From positions 6,565 through 70,564 of the IMG/VR virus record IMGVR_UViG_3300045988_105924: a DNA stretch of 64,000 nucleotides. The stretch is one strand, 5' to 3'. This stretch comes from a virus. A program made the translations under genes and the position numbers. Within the stretch, counting starts at the first letter, position 1. The number at the start of each line of letters is the position of its first letter. The notes under the pieces are model-generated. The model worked only from the letters and a program-made list of their open reading frames with translations, made no database searches and had not been told where the DNA came from. Shown piece after piece: positions 55,831 to 64,000 of this stretch.

Positions 55831-55841
55831 GGTGGTTTAAG

Positions 55842-56210
55842 ATGGCGAAATACATTCCTGAAAATGCTCGATGGGCGGATATCACTCCTTTGCTAGATGA
55901 GATTGACAGTGGCTTAAAACATATGCGCTTTTATGACGAACAAGATGACTATTCTGATTTTCTAGCAGAAGAACGCGAAGATCTACTGAGGCTTCCGAAA
56001 GCAGAATCTAATACGGTTCGCGCTATCGCACACTGGGATCACTGGTCATGCGATGACGAAGAAGACTTTGTATATCATTGCTCTAACTGTAGTGAACAGT
56101 TTTACGAAGATTTCTTTTATCCTCGTGAGAATCCTTGTGTTGGTTCTGAAAAGTATAAACCTTTTAAGTATTGCCCTTATTGCGGGGCGAAAATGGAGGG
56201 CGTTAAATGA
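55842..56210 (+). CDS. hypothetical protein with C-terminal zinc ribbon
   Basis: SD gaggtggtttaag then ATG; CSNCS...CPYCG. Confidence 0.5.
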   Translation: MAKYIPENARWADITPLLDEIDSGLKHMRFYDEQDDYSDFLAEEREDLLRLPKAESNTVRAIAHWDHWSCDDEEDFVYHCSNCSEQFYEDFFYPRENPCVGSEKYKPFKYCPYCGAKMEGVK

Positions 56211-56752
56211 ACTACGCTAAAATTGTTCCATGTGATATTGCGAATGGGCCAGGCGTAAGAGTCACGTTGTTCTGCGCGGGATGTAACCATCATTGCCCCG
56301 GCTGTCAGAATCCTACCACATGGGACCCGAATGGTGGTCAGCCATTCACAGATGAAATGCTTGATAAAATTGTAGATTTACTTCGACCTGATTACATTCA
56401 GGGACTGACTCTCACTGGTGGAGATCCACTCTTGCCGGAGAATAGAACTACAATCTTTCGTATCTGCAAATGTGTTTACAAAGAGTTTGGGCGAAAAAAA
56501 GATATCTGGTTATGGACGGGGTACACATATGAAGAACTGCGACAAGAATGGATGGAATCATGGGATAGCGTCATTCTTGTCAACATTTTTTCATACACAA
56601 CAGTTCTTGTTGATGGTCCTTTTATTGAGGCGAAAAAAGATATTTCTCTTCCATATATGGGAAGCTCAAATCAGAGGGTGATTGATATTTGGAGGAGCGC
56701 AGGAAAAGATAATCCAGTCCTTTGGTGGACTCCAGAAGAGAAAGGAAAATAA
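56207..56752 (+). CDS. nrdG: anaerobic ribonucleotide reductase activating protein NrdG (radical SAM)
   Basis: CAGCNHHCPGCQN radical-SAM cluster motif typical of NrdG; adjacent to nrdD. Confidence 0.8.
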   Translation: MNYAKIVPCDIANGPGVRVTLFCAGCNHHCPGCQNPTTWDPNGGQPFTDEMLDKIVDLLRPDYIQGLTLTGGDPLLPENRTTIFRICKCVYKEFGRKKDIWLWTGYTYEELRQEWMESWDSVILVNIFSYTTVLVDGPFIEAKKDISLPYMGSSNQRVIDIWRSAGKDNPVLWWTPEEKGK

Positions 56753-56753
56753 T

Positions 56754-57287
56754 ATGGATTTAGGAAACACAACTACTAATCTTGGCTATGGCATGAGTCG
56801 GATGCCGTATCGCCCCAACATTAAAATCAATAAACTGCACGAAGATGCTCATCTGCCGACTTATGGCTCAAAAAACGCTGCTTGTGCAGACCTGTATGCT
56901 TATATCGGGTTTGATGATGCAACGATGGTAAACAAGAATGGTGACCGCTGCATCATGATTCAGCCGGGTGAAACCGTTAAGGTTCATACTGGTCTGCGAA
57001 TGGCTCCGCCGGAAGGTTGGTATGTCGCTATCTATGCTCGCAGCGGTATGGCAACTAAGCTTGGACTTGCTCCTGCGAACAAAATTGGCGTGTGCGATCA
57101 AGATTACCGTGGAGAGTATATCGTTGCGCTACATAACCACTCCAATATCCCGCAGATGATTACTCATGGTGATCGCATTGCTCAGATGGCAGTTGTTCCA
57201 TTTTGGCAGGCTGATTTTAAAGAAGTTTCCGAATTGGACGAAACTGAGCGCGGAGCCGGTGGTTTTGGAAGTACCGGAAAACAGTAA
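56754..57287 (+). CDS. dut: dUTP diphosphatase
   Basis: dUTPase motifs AACADLYA, ARSGMATKLGL, GVCDQDYRGE, C-terminal GGFGSTGK; SD agaaaggaaaataat then ATG. Confidence 0.8.
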   Translation: MDLGNTTTNLGYGMSRMPYRPNIKINKLHEDAHLPTYGSKNAACADLYAYIGFDDATMVNKNGDRCIMIQPGETVKVHTGLRMAPPEGWYVAIYARSGMATKLGLAPANKIGVCDQDYRGEYIVALHNHSNIPQMITHGDRIAQMAVVPFWQADFKEVSELDETERGAGGFGSTGKQ

Positions 57288-57353
57288 GAGAATAAAGCTG
57301 ATGTTTTAAAGAGGGTTAAAGCTAAGGACAGCATCAAGTAAGGAGAATATATA

Positions 57354-57677
57354 ATGAAGTATTATATTATCGAATCTCATTACGAGAAAGAAGCTCCATT
57401 TGGAATTGCATGGCAAGTAAAGCTGTTTGACGAGCACACGCTTTTGGAAGAGTACGACCACATCTTCTATAACGAGATTGCCGGTTACTGTAAATGTCTT
57501 GAGGACATTGGGTTTATTGAAAATGTCGAAGTGAAAGTTGATATTAAAAGCGAATTGAAGAAATTGCAGGAATTCCAGAAGAGCATCGGTGAAATTATCG
57601 CATCGGCTGCAACGCTGGAGAATCCTGCAAAAAGTGTAGAAACACCTTCGATTAGAACGAAATATTCATTCCGGTAA
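57354..57677 (+). CDS. hypothetical protein (107 aa)
   Basis: SD taaggagaatatata then ATG. Confidence 0.55.
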   Translation: MKYYIIESHYEKEAPFGIAWQVKLFDEHTLLEEYDHIFYNEIAGYCKCLEDIGFIENVEVKVDIKSELKKLQEFQKSIGEIIASAATLENPAKSVETPSIRTKYSFR

Positions 57678-57724
57678 AAGGTAAATTTTATGGGTGGGTG
57701 GGAGGAATAAGAGGATGTGAATGA

Positions 57725-58462
57725 ATGGAACTTTATAATGATGATTGTTTGAAAATTATGCCACAAATCACAGATAAATCTATCGATATGATTCTTTGTG
57801 ACTTGCCCTATGGTGTCACTCATAATAAATGGGATTCTGTGATTCCTTTCGATAAGCTGTGGGAACAATACAACCGAATCATTAAGGATAACGGTGCGAT
57901 TTGCCTATTTGCCGATGGAATGTTTATGGCAGATCTTATGGAAAGTAACCGCAAAATGTGGCGATATAATCTCGTGTGGAACAAAGTTCTTTCATCTGGA
58001 TTTTTGAATGCAAAACGAATGCCACTCCGCAGTACAGAAGAAATTGTTGTTTTTTATAAAAGGCTTCCTACATATAATCCACAATTCACAGAAGGTGAAC
58101 CGCTACACGGAATGGGCACAAAATATAAAGATGGAAATCGTAAAAACAACAACTACGGCAACTTTAATTCTACAAATCAGGCATCTGCGGAAAGAGTAGG
58201 AGACACAAAGAAGTATCCAAAATCTTTGGTGACTTTTCCAAGAGCGCATAGTTCTGTTATGCTTCATCCAACCGAAAAGCCAGTGGCTTTAATGGAGTGG
58301 CTTATCAGTACATATACGAATAAAGGTGAAACCGTTCTTGATAATTGTATGGGAGTTGGTGGAAGTGGCGTCGCCGCTAGAAAGCTTGAACGAAATTATA
58401 TTGGAATAGAGCTTAATCAGAAATATTTTGAAATTGCCAAAGAAAGAATCGAGGTCGCATGA
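57725..58462 (+). CDS. DNA methyltransferase (beta-class N6-adenine/N4-cytosine; motif IV DLPY before motif I)
   Basis: ILCDLPYGV then C-terminal LDNCMGVGGSG; no cognate restriction endonuclease nearby. Confidence 0.7.
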   Translation: MELYNDDCLKIMPQITDKSIDMILCDLPYGVTHNKWDSVIPFDKLWEQYNRIIKDNGAICLFADGMFMADLMESNRKMWRYNLVWNKVLSSGFLNAKRMPLRSTEEIVVFYKRLPTYNPQFTEGEPLHGMGTKYKDGNRKNNNYGNFNSTNQASAERVGDTKKYPKSLVTFPRAHSSVMLHPTEKPVALMEWLISTYTNKGETVLDNCMGVGGSGVAARKLERNYIGIELNQKYFEIAKERIEVA

Positions 58463-58695
58463 AAGCACATATTCGAGAAGAAAAGAAAACAGCTCCATTA
58501 AAACTTGGTGAGGGAACTCTATTTCAAAATAAAGACAGCAAACTGTATAAGATTTGCGACACGGCAGAATATGATGAGACATATACCGACGATGAAGTTA
58601 TCAAGGTTGCTTTATCTGAAGGAAATAAGATTCAAGAAAAAAATCTCAAAGATATTTTTAATAGGTCGTTTGTGTTTGCGGCGAATAATATTTGA
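58459..58695 (+). CDS. hypothetical protein (78 aa)
   Basis: ATGA overlap. Confidence 0.45.
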   Translation: MKAHIREEKKTAPLKLGEGTLFQNKDSKLYKICDTAEYDETYTDDEVIKVALSEGNKIQEKNLKDIFNRSFVFAANNI

Positions 58696-58705
58696 GGAAT
58701 AAAAT

Positions 58706-59059
58706 ATGGTTTACGACATTAAAACAGTCCCAGAAGATACTCCTCTATGGTGTACTGGATTTAGATTTGACGATACAAAGGCTGGCATCAAATGTGAGCC
58801 TGTCTTTGGTACTTTTGAAGAAAGAAGTTACTATTCTAAGTTCCATACCTTGAGTAACAAAACGAGATCAAAGACTTTTAGCGTTGGGGCAAATCCTGAT
58901 TGTTATCGTTTCGCAGACACTTATGAAGAAGCGGCAACTGAATATAATGGTATGATTTTCGCTGCCAAATACGAGCTTATGAAAAAACAAAAATATCTAG
59001 AGCAGTGCTTGCTGGCTGATAAGAATGGGTCAGTATATAATCGTGTGAGTATGCAGTAA
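58706..59059 (+). CDS. hypothetical protein (117 aa)
   Basis: SD gaggaataaaat then ATG. Confidence 0.55.
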   Translation: MVYDIKTVPEDTPLWCTGFRFDDTKAGIKCEPVFGTFEERSYYSKFHTLSNKTRSKTFSVGANPDCYRFADTYEEAATEYNGMIFAAKYELMKKQKYLEQCLLADKNGSVYNRVSMQ

Positions 59060-59082
59060 AATGTATGTTTTAGGAGAATTCG

Positions 59083-59319
59083 ATGTGGATAAAAACTGAA
59101 GACGAACCAATCCCTGCTTATGGACAGAACAACAAAACATTTCGGCTACTACTTCAATTTCACGAATATTATGGGTATGAACCATACGGGAATGATAATA
59201 TTTGTGTCATGGCAATTTGGGATAGTACAAATGAATGCTTCTTTGAAAAAGAAACTAGATTGCGAATCCGAAATGAAGATATTTATATGTGGTGGAAAAA
59301 TGAGCAAACATTGGTATGA
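59083..59319 (+). CDS. hypothetical protein (78 aa)
   Basis: SD taggagaattcg then ATG. Confidence 0.5.
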   Translation: MWIKTEDEPIPAYGQNNKTFRLLLQFHEYYGYEPYGNDNICVMAIWDSTNECFFEKETRLRIRNEDIYMWWKNEQTLV

Positions 59320-59623
59320 CGAGTGGGAAATCACTGGTGTCACATTCGATACATCTGATAATCTAAATAAGAAATTTTTCAAGCCGGTTTATATAATGCC
59401 AGATGGGGACATCGTGGCTTGCGATGGAACTCACGATTTTAATTATGATCCTAACAAAGAAATTCAAATTGTCCCAAAAGAATCTATTCCATTTTATGGT
59501 AAGCCGACAGAACCTGCCGTTTATCGTGATGATTATGGCAACTGTGTGGATGTTGACGGTAGTCCTCTCGGTATGAAATGGGACGACTTTATGGAGAAAC
59601 GGTTACGAATGGTAAATAAATAA
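59300..59623 (+). CDS. hypothetical protein (107 aa)
   Basis: SD ggtggaaaa then ATG 59300. Confidence 0.45.
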   Translation: MSKHWYDEWEITGVTFDTSDNLNKKFFKPVYIMPDGDIVACDGTHDFNYDPNKEIQIVPKESIPFYGKPTEPAVYRDDYGNCVDVDGSPLGMKWDDFMEKRLRMVNK

Positions 59624-59687
59624 CGTATCATCGCTATAAAAATTAGCGAAAAATACGGTAAAACTAGACTTTTATGAGGTGGATTGA

Positions 59688-60149
59688 TTGGACGATAGAT
59701 TTTCAATCGAAAAAAATCACTGGGAAATACAAAATCCAGAATGGGAGAGCTATTCTCATTTCATCTGCACTAAAGACCATTATTGGACTGGTGTACACGG
59801 TATCAGCAACTATTTTCTTCAATATAAGAATTTTGGCAGAAGTAAACCAGTCGAACGATTTTCTGTAGAATGGCCGAACTTCGTAGAGCACATGTGGTTT
59901 ATCCATTGGCGTGGCCCATGGGACTATATCTTTGCTTCATATAAATTATCCGAGATTAAACGATTTTTAGAACTTGATATTGATACTATTAAAAAGAACC
60001 ATTGGCCGGATGGACGCTGTACTTGCTACAGTATTTATGACTACGTGAAGAAAAAATGGTACTATTTTAAAATCGAAAATTTGGGAACATTTTATGGATG
60101 CAAGTGGCCGTTAGGTGATGATACTGGTGAGGTGATTAGTTGTGACTAA
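59688..60149 (+). CDS. hypothetical Trp/His-rich protein (153 aa)
   Basis: TTG start after gaggtgg. Confidence 0.45.
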   Translation: MDDRFSIEKNHWEIQNPEWESYSHFICTKDHYWTGVHGISNYFLQYKNFGRSKPVERFSVEWPNFVEHMWFIHWRGPWDYIFASYKLSEIKRFLELDIDTIKKNHWPDGRCTCYSIYDYVKKKWYYFKIENLGTFYGCKWPLGDDTGEVISCD

Positions 60150-60630
60150 GCAAATAGGCTGTTATAAATCCGACTGGTACATTATGGGCATCGATGGAAA
60201 ATATAACAATGCCTGTATCTCGCATACAGAATCACAGCTTCGGTATACAGTTCCAAGGTCGCCAGAATGGACTATCAATGGATTGGGCTTTGCTTACCTT
60301 AGAGAACATGGATTTGAAGATTATCCTGAACTCTATGGTATTGTATTCTATGATATGGAGTGGTGGCGACGAAAACGCTATCCGGGTGACTTTTATGTAG
60401 AGATACCAATTTGCGATTCGTGTGCGGATACCTTTCATTTAAAATGGCGTTGTAAGGAATTTCGTGTACACCAGTGGTCTAACTTGAGAAAAGAAACAAA
60501 GTGGGTGAAAGGCAGAAGTAGTTACACTGTTTGTGAACTTGCACATAAGTTGCCACACGAAGAATTTATAGAATATCTTAAAGACAACGGCATCTATATT
60601 GTAAACGAAGGTGGTGTTGAACTTGGATGA
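60142..60630 (+). CDS. hypothetical Cys/Trp-rich protein (162 aa)
   Basis: overlapping start-stop coupling. Confidence 0.5.
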   Translation: MTKQIGCYKSDWYIMGIDGKYNNACISHTESQLRYTVPRSPEWTINGLGFAYLREHGFEDYPELYGIVFYDMEWWRRKRYPGDFYVEIPICDSCADTFHLKWRCKEFRVHQWSNLRKETKWVKGRSSYTVCELAHKLPHEEFIEYLKDNGIYIVNEGGVELG

Positions 60631-61069
60631 TAAAATTTGTTTTGTGAATTACCGACCATACCTTACAATAGTAGATTACGGAGATTGGACTCCAAGATGG
60701 AAAATCGCATATTGGATTGATATAGATGGATTTAAGCCTGGATTTAGAATCTCAAGGAACTTCATTCATCCATATCTAAATAACGTCACGCGCCCATGTT
60801 TAAACGTAGTAGCCTATGTCGATATGTATGATCCATTCGTTAAAACACTTTTGTTGAGTTGTATGACAACAGATAAGTCAAACCTAATTCCGGGTGATTT
60901 ATATCTTGTGTGGAGATGTCCCGGTAATTTTTCATGGCCGGACTGCGAGCCACATTTTACATTAAGAAAGTTCAATCAGAAATATTTATTCAAAGATGGC
61001 GACGTGAAATGTTGGGTGAATATGAAAAATATCGATTGGAGCAAACAATGGCTCCTTCATCGTATTTGA
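60611..61069 (+). CDS. hypothetical protein (about 150 aa), start uncertain
   Basis: candidate starts GTG 60611 or TTG 60623 after gaaggtggtg. Confidence 0.4.
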   Translation: MVLNLDDKICFVNYRPYLTIVDYGDWTPRWKIAYWIDIDGFKPGFRISRNFIHPYLNNVTRPCLNVVAYVDMYDPFVKTLLLSCMTTDKSNLIPGDLYLVWRCPGNFSWPDCEPHFTLRKFNQKYLFKDGDVKCWVNMKNIDWSKQWLLHRI

Positions 61070-61077
61070 GGCAATAA

Positions 61078-61323
61078 ATGAGTAAAAATAATAGCGATAA
61101 TTCGTTAAATAAAAGCGACAAATTTACAGTAGAATTAGGGTTTTATAAAGACCAAACAGAATATTATAAAAGATCAATCGAAGATCTACTGCACCATTAT
61201 ACTGATAGCTGTGGCATGTGTACGGTTAATTTAGATTGCAGTGAATGCGTTGTTGATGGTTTTATCAATCAGCTACGAAATATTCTGTATAGTAGTAGTG
61301 AGTATAAAGGAGAAAACATATGA
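61078..61323 (+). CDS. hypothetical protein (81 aa)
   Basis: ORF tiling. Confidence 0.45.
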   Translation: MSKNNSDNSLNKSDKFTVELGFYKDQTEYYKRSIEDLLHHYTDSCGMCTVNLDCSECVVDGFINQLRNILYSSSEYKGENI

Positions 61324-61730
61324 AGCTGCTTTTACAGTCTAATGGAGGATTTTCTGGATTCTATAGTAGATTTATTTTGATTGATACAGACCTACACAAA
61401 ATGGTAAAAACGGATAGCCTCATGAAAGATGGTCTAACTGGAATAAAATATATTTGGGACTATATCGATAATGAGAAGATTCCAGATATTGATGATTTTG
61501 GTAAATCTCTTTGTCAGGATTTCAATTATGATATTTCATTACTTGAATGTTTTTTACCGACCGCCAAAGTTGTCACTAATGAGTCCATCATAATGAACGA
61601 CATCAATTATGATGTTTATCTATCATCTGAAAACGTTCCGTACAGAAAGTTCAGATTGAATTCTTCATCATATCTTGAAAATGACGCTCTCAGCGCAAAG
61701 CTTAGGAAACTATTTCAGACATTCTTATAA
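61320..61730 (+). CDS. hypothetical protein (136 aa)
   Basis: ATGA overlap. Confidence 0.5.
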   Translation: MKLLLQSNGGFSGFYSRFILIDTDLHKMVKTDSLMKDGLTGIKYIWDYIDNEKIPDIDDFGKSLCQDFNYDISLLECFLPTAKVVTNESIIMNDINYDVYLSSENVPYRKFRLNSSSYLENDALSAKLRKLFQTFL

Positions 61731-61742
61731 AGGAGACTCACA

Positions 61743-62561
61743 ATGATTATTGACTGCAAATCTATCGCACAGGATATCAAAAATAAAATCAAGAATGTCA
61801 TCGCAGAAGATGACTATGCTCCTATTTTACATATTTATCAAGTAGGGGACAACCCTGCATCCAATGCTTATATTCGCGGCAAGCTGCGTGACTGTGAAGA
61901 GGTTGGAATCGGAGTGGAGCTTGTCAAACTGCCAGAAAATATTACCGAAGATGAATTGAACAACAAGATCTTAGAAGATTATAATTGGGAATATGTGGAC
62001 GGTATCATTGTTCAGCTTCCGTTGCCAAAACATATCGACCCTAAAAATATTTGTATTCCAGATGAACTTGACGTTGATGGCTTTAATTCTACATCTAAAT
62101 TTCAGCCCTGCACTCCGCTGGGCGTTATGAAGATTTTTGACTCCATCGGTTACGATCTGGATGGCAAGAATGTACTCGTATGCGGTCAATCTGATATTGT
62201 TGGTCGTCCGCTGGTTGATATGCTGATTAAACGGCACTGTAATGTGATCTCTGTGAATAGCACGGGTTCCCGCATGAAGGCCACTACTCTTGGATTTGAA
62301 ATGGTCGATGTGGTCATCTCTGCTGTGGGCAAGCGCAACTTTATCACACCGTTTGGTCTTGATCGGGTTGAAGTCTGCATCGATGTTGGCATCAACTATG
62401 ACGAGAACGGAAAGCAACACGGCGACTGTGCCGATGATATTTATGAGATGGAAGATATCAAAGTAACCCCTCGTATCGGCGGAGTTGGCCTTATGACACG
62501 TGCTATGCTACTTTACAATGTATGTGTGGCAAGGTATGGAGAAGAGAAGATGGAGAGGTGA
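61743..62561 (+). CDS. folD: bifunctional methylenetetrahydrofolate dehydrogenase/cyclohydrolase FolD
   Basis: whole-length FolD pattern (YIRGKLRDCEEVGI, DGIIVQLPLP, VLVCGQSDIVGRPLVDML, Rossmann GxSxxxG); SD aaaggagactcaca then ATG. Confidence 0.75.
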   Translation: MIIDCKSIAQDIKNKIKNVIAEDDYAPILHIYQVGDNPASNAYIRGKLRDCEEVGIGVELVKLPENITEDELNNKILEDYNWEYVDGIIVQLPLPKHIDPKNICIPDELDVDGFNSTSKFQPCTPLGVMKIFDSIGYDLDGKNVLVCGQSDIVGRPLVDMLIKRHCNVISVNSTGSRMKATTLGFEMVDVVISAVGKRNFITPFGLDRVEVCIDVGINYDENGKQHGDCADDIYEMEDIKVTPRIGGVGLMTRAMLLYNVCVARYGEEKMER

Positions 62562-62565
62562 TTGA

Positions 62566-62760
62566 ATGAAGGAAGTCCCAATTTGGGAAAAGACGACCCT
62601 GACGTTAGATGAAGCGGCTGCTTACACGGGGATTGGGGTCTGCCGACTAAGAGCGATTACTGATGATGAAAACTGTCCATTGGTACTTTGGGTGGGGAAT
62701 AAACGTCTTATCAAACGTAAAGCTCTCGAAAAATATATAGATCAAACGTATTCTGTTTGA
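62566..62760 (+). CDS. xis: excisionase/MerR-like HTH DNA-binding protein
   Basis: 64-aa protein with HTH LTLDEAAAYTGIGVCRLR, immediately upstream of the integrase. Confidence 0.5.
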   Translation: MKEVPIWEKTTLTLDEAAAYTGIGVCRLRAITDDENCPLVLWVGNKRLIKRKALEKYIDQTYSV

Positions 62761-62785
62761 AATATAGGCTCTGATGTGGTATACT
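62757..62785 (+). promoter_or_regulatory. sigma70 promoter TTGAAA-17-TATACT (TGG extension), followed by an inverted-repeat operator-like element
   Basis: hexamers read directly; GCTCTG...CAGAGC and GGTGT-C-ACACC inverted repeats overlap the +1 region. Confidence 0.55.
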
Positions 62786-62833
62786 CATGGTGTCACACCA
62801 GAGCTTCTTATATAACGTAAGGAGTTCTGCATC

Positions 62834-64000
62834 ATGATAAGACGTAAAGATAATAATGGCAAAGTTTTAAAAGACGGCGAGAGCCAGAGAAAGGATGGGA
62901 GATACCAATATAGATGGACAAACAAACTTGGAAAACGCTCAATAATATACGCCACTTCACTTAAAGAATTGAGAGAAAAAGAAGCTGAAATCCAAGAAAA
63001 ACTTAATTTGGGTATAACGTCTACTTCAAAAATCACAGTGTACCAATTAGCAAAAAGACATCTCGAAGAAACAAAACTTACTATTAGGCCAAGCAGCTAT
63101 AAAACAAAATCGCAGAATTTGAAAATCTTTCAGAATCACCTAATTGGGGAAATGAATGCAACTGATATTTTAGTGCGCGATGTAAAACAATTTGCACGAG
63201 AATTGGATAACGAAGGATATTGTTATACAACAATCAGAGATGTCATGTCTTTAGCTAGACCGGCATTTCAAGAAATGTTTGATGAGAATATAATTCCTAG
63301 AAATCCATTCGTTTTTAAATTAAATACAGTTGTCAAATGTGACTCAAAAGAAAAAGAAATATTAACAGAAGAGCAGTATCAAAATCTGATCAAGTTCATG
63401 AAATCTAGTCGAGTATATAAAAGGCATGTTGGCATGGTGATGCTTTTGCACGAGACCGGACTTCGAGCAGGAGAATTATGCGGGCTAACAAAAAAGTCAT
63501 TTGATTTTGATAACAACACTGTTACTATATCTCATCAGATGGTGTACGATGGAAAGAGCGGCGGGCTGTATTTAGCACCTACAAAAACAGAAAGTGGGAT
63601 AAGGACTATCCCATTATCTAAAGACGCCATCATTGCTTTTGAAGAAGCGATAAAACAACGTCCGATTGTAAAAGCAGAGAGAATAATAGATGGGCAAGCC
63701 GACTTCTTGTTCATAGCAAAAACTGGAAGGCCCTATACGAATAAAAACCTTGTTAGAATTTTTGAAGGACTAATCAAAGCCTATAATAGTTGCCATGATG
63801 AACCATTGCCTGAAGTCACTGCCCATAGTATGCGCCACGAATATTGTACACGGCTTGTCAAAGCCAAGATGGATGTTAAATCGGTTCAATACCTCATGGG
63901 ACATTCGTCGCCCGATATAACCTTGAAAGTGTATACTCATATCTTAAAAGAAGAGACCGAAGCAGAGGCAATCAAACAGTTTAATAGGATTGTTTCCTAA
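62834..64000 (+). CDS. int: tyrosine integrase (phage integrase family)
   Basis: N-terminal SAM-like/core-binding region; catalytic box LRAGEL, HSMRHEYCTRL and LMGHSSPDITLKVYTH (R-H-R-Y pattern); stop at 63998-64000. Confidence 0.8.
   Translation: MIRRKDNNGKVLKDGESQRKDGRYQYRWTNKLGKRSIIYATSLKELREKEAEIQEKLNLGITSTSKITVYQLAKRHLEETKLTIRPSSYKTKSQNLKIFQNHLIGEMNATDILVRDVKQFARELDNEGYCYTTIRDVMSLARPAFQEMFDENIIPRNPFVFKLNTVVKCDSKEKEILTEEQYQNLIKFMKSSRVYKRHVGMVMLLHETGLRAGELCGLTKKSFDFDNNTVTISHQMVYDGKSGGLYLAPTKTESGIRTIPLSKDAIIAFEEAIKQRPIVKAERIIDGQADFLFIAKTGRPYTNKNLVRIFEGLIKAYNSCHDEPLPEVTAHSMRHEYCTRLVKAKMDVKSVQYLMGHSSPDITLKVYTHILKEETEAEAIKQFNRIVS

Overview
This window is a near-contiguous block of early, replication and nucleotide-metabolism genes from a tailed phage or prophage. 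Almost every credible gene is on the + strand. The probable host is a low-GC, possibly spore-forming Firmicute, based on Shine-Dalgarno use, AT-rich small genes and a SleB-like hydrolase.

Recognisable content:
- Lysogeny and control: a Bro-N antirepressor-like protein, an internal XerC/integrase-like tyrosine recombinase, a DnaD-like replication protein, and at the 3' end a FolD gene, an Xis-like HTH protein and a tyrosine integrase preceded by a consensus sigma70 promoter.
- A tRNA gene cluster at 22.9-24.9 kb (Leu-CAA, Leu-UAA, Pro-like, Gln-like, Leu-UAG, Gly-UCC, Met-CAU) with an embedded HNH homing endonuclease, lying directly downstream of an Rnl2-like RNA ligase.
- A replication module: SSB-like protein, AAA_24/Sak4-like ATPase, DnaB-like helicase, DnaG-like primase, RecJ-like DHH exonuclease, HAD and calcineurin-like phosphatases, DnaE-type Pol III alpha, RecD-like helicase and an ATP-dependent DNA ligase.
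- A nucleotide module: ThyX, NrdD plus NrdG, dUTPase, FolD, a flotillin-like SPFH protein and two DNA methyltransferases.
- An orphan MazF/PemK-like toxin with its own consensus promoter.

The most notable observation is that TAG appears to be read as a sense codon. The HNH endonuclease ORF is a single 294-codon frame whose catalytic HNH motif spans an in-frame TAG, with a second TAG upstream. A perfectly SD-positioned ATG is followed immediately by TAG and then 61 sense codons encoding a small membrane protein. The only two TAG 'terminators' among about 125 + strand genes are both followed by in-frame coding continuation. No CUA-anticodon suppressor tRNA was found in this window.

Other signals:
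- A recurring promoter-linked motif, TATA(T/A)A(C)ACAGGATAC, and its inverted form GTATCCTG-TATAAT.
- A C5-MTase-like gene that lacks both the SAM glycine loop and a canonical start codon.
- A GC-shifted 688-aa protein of unknown function.
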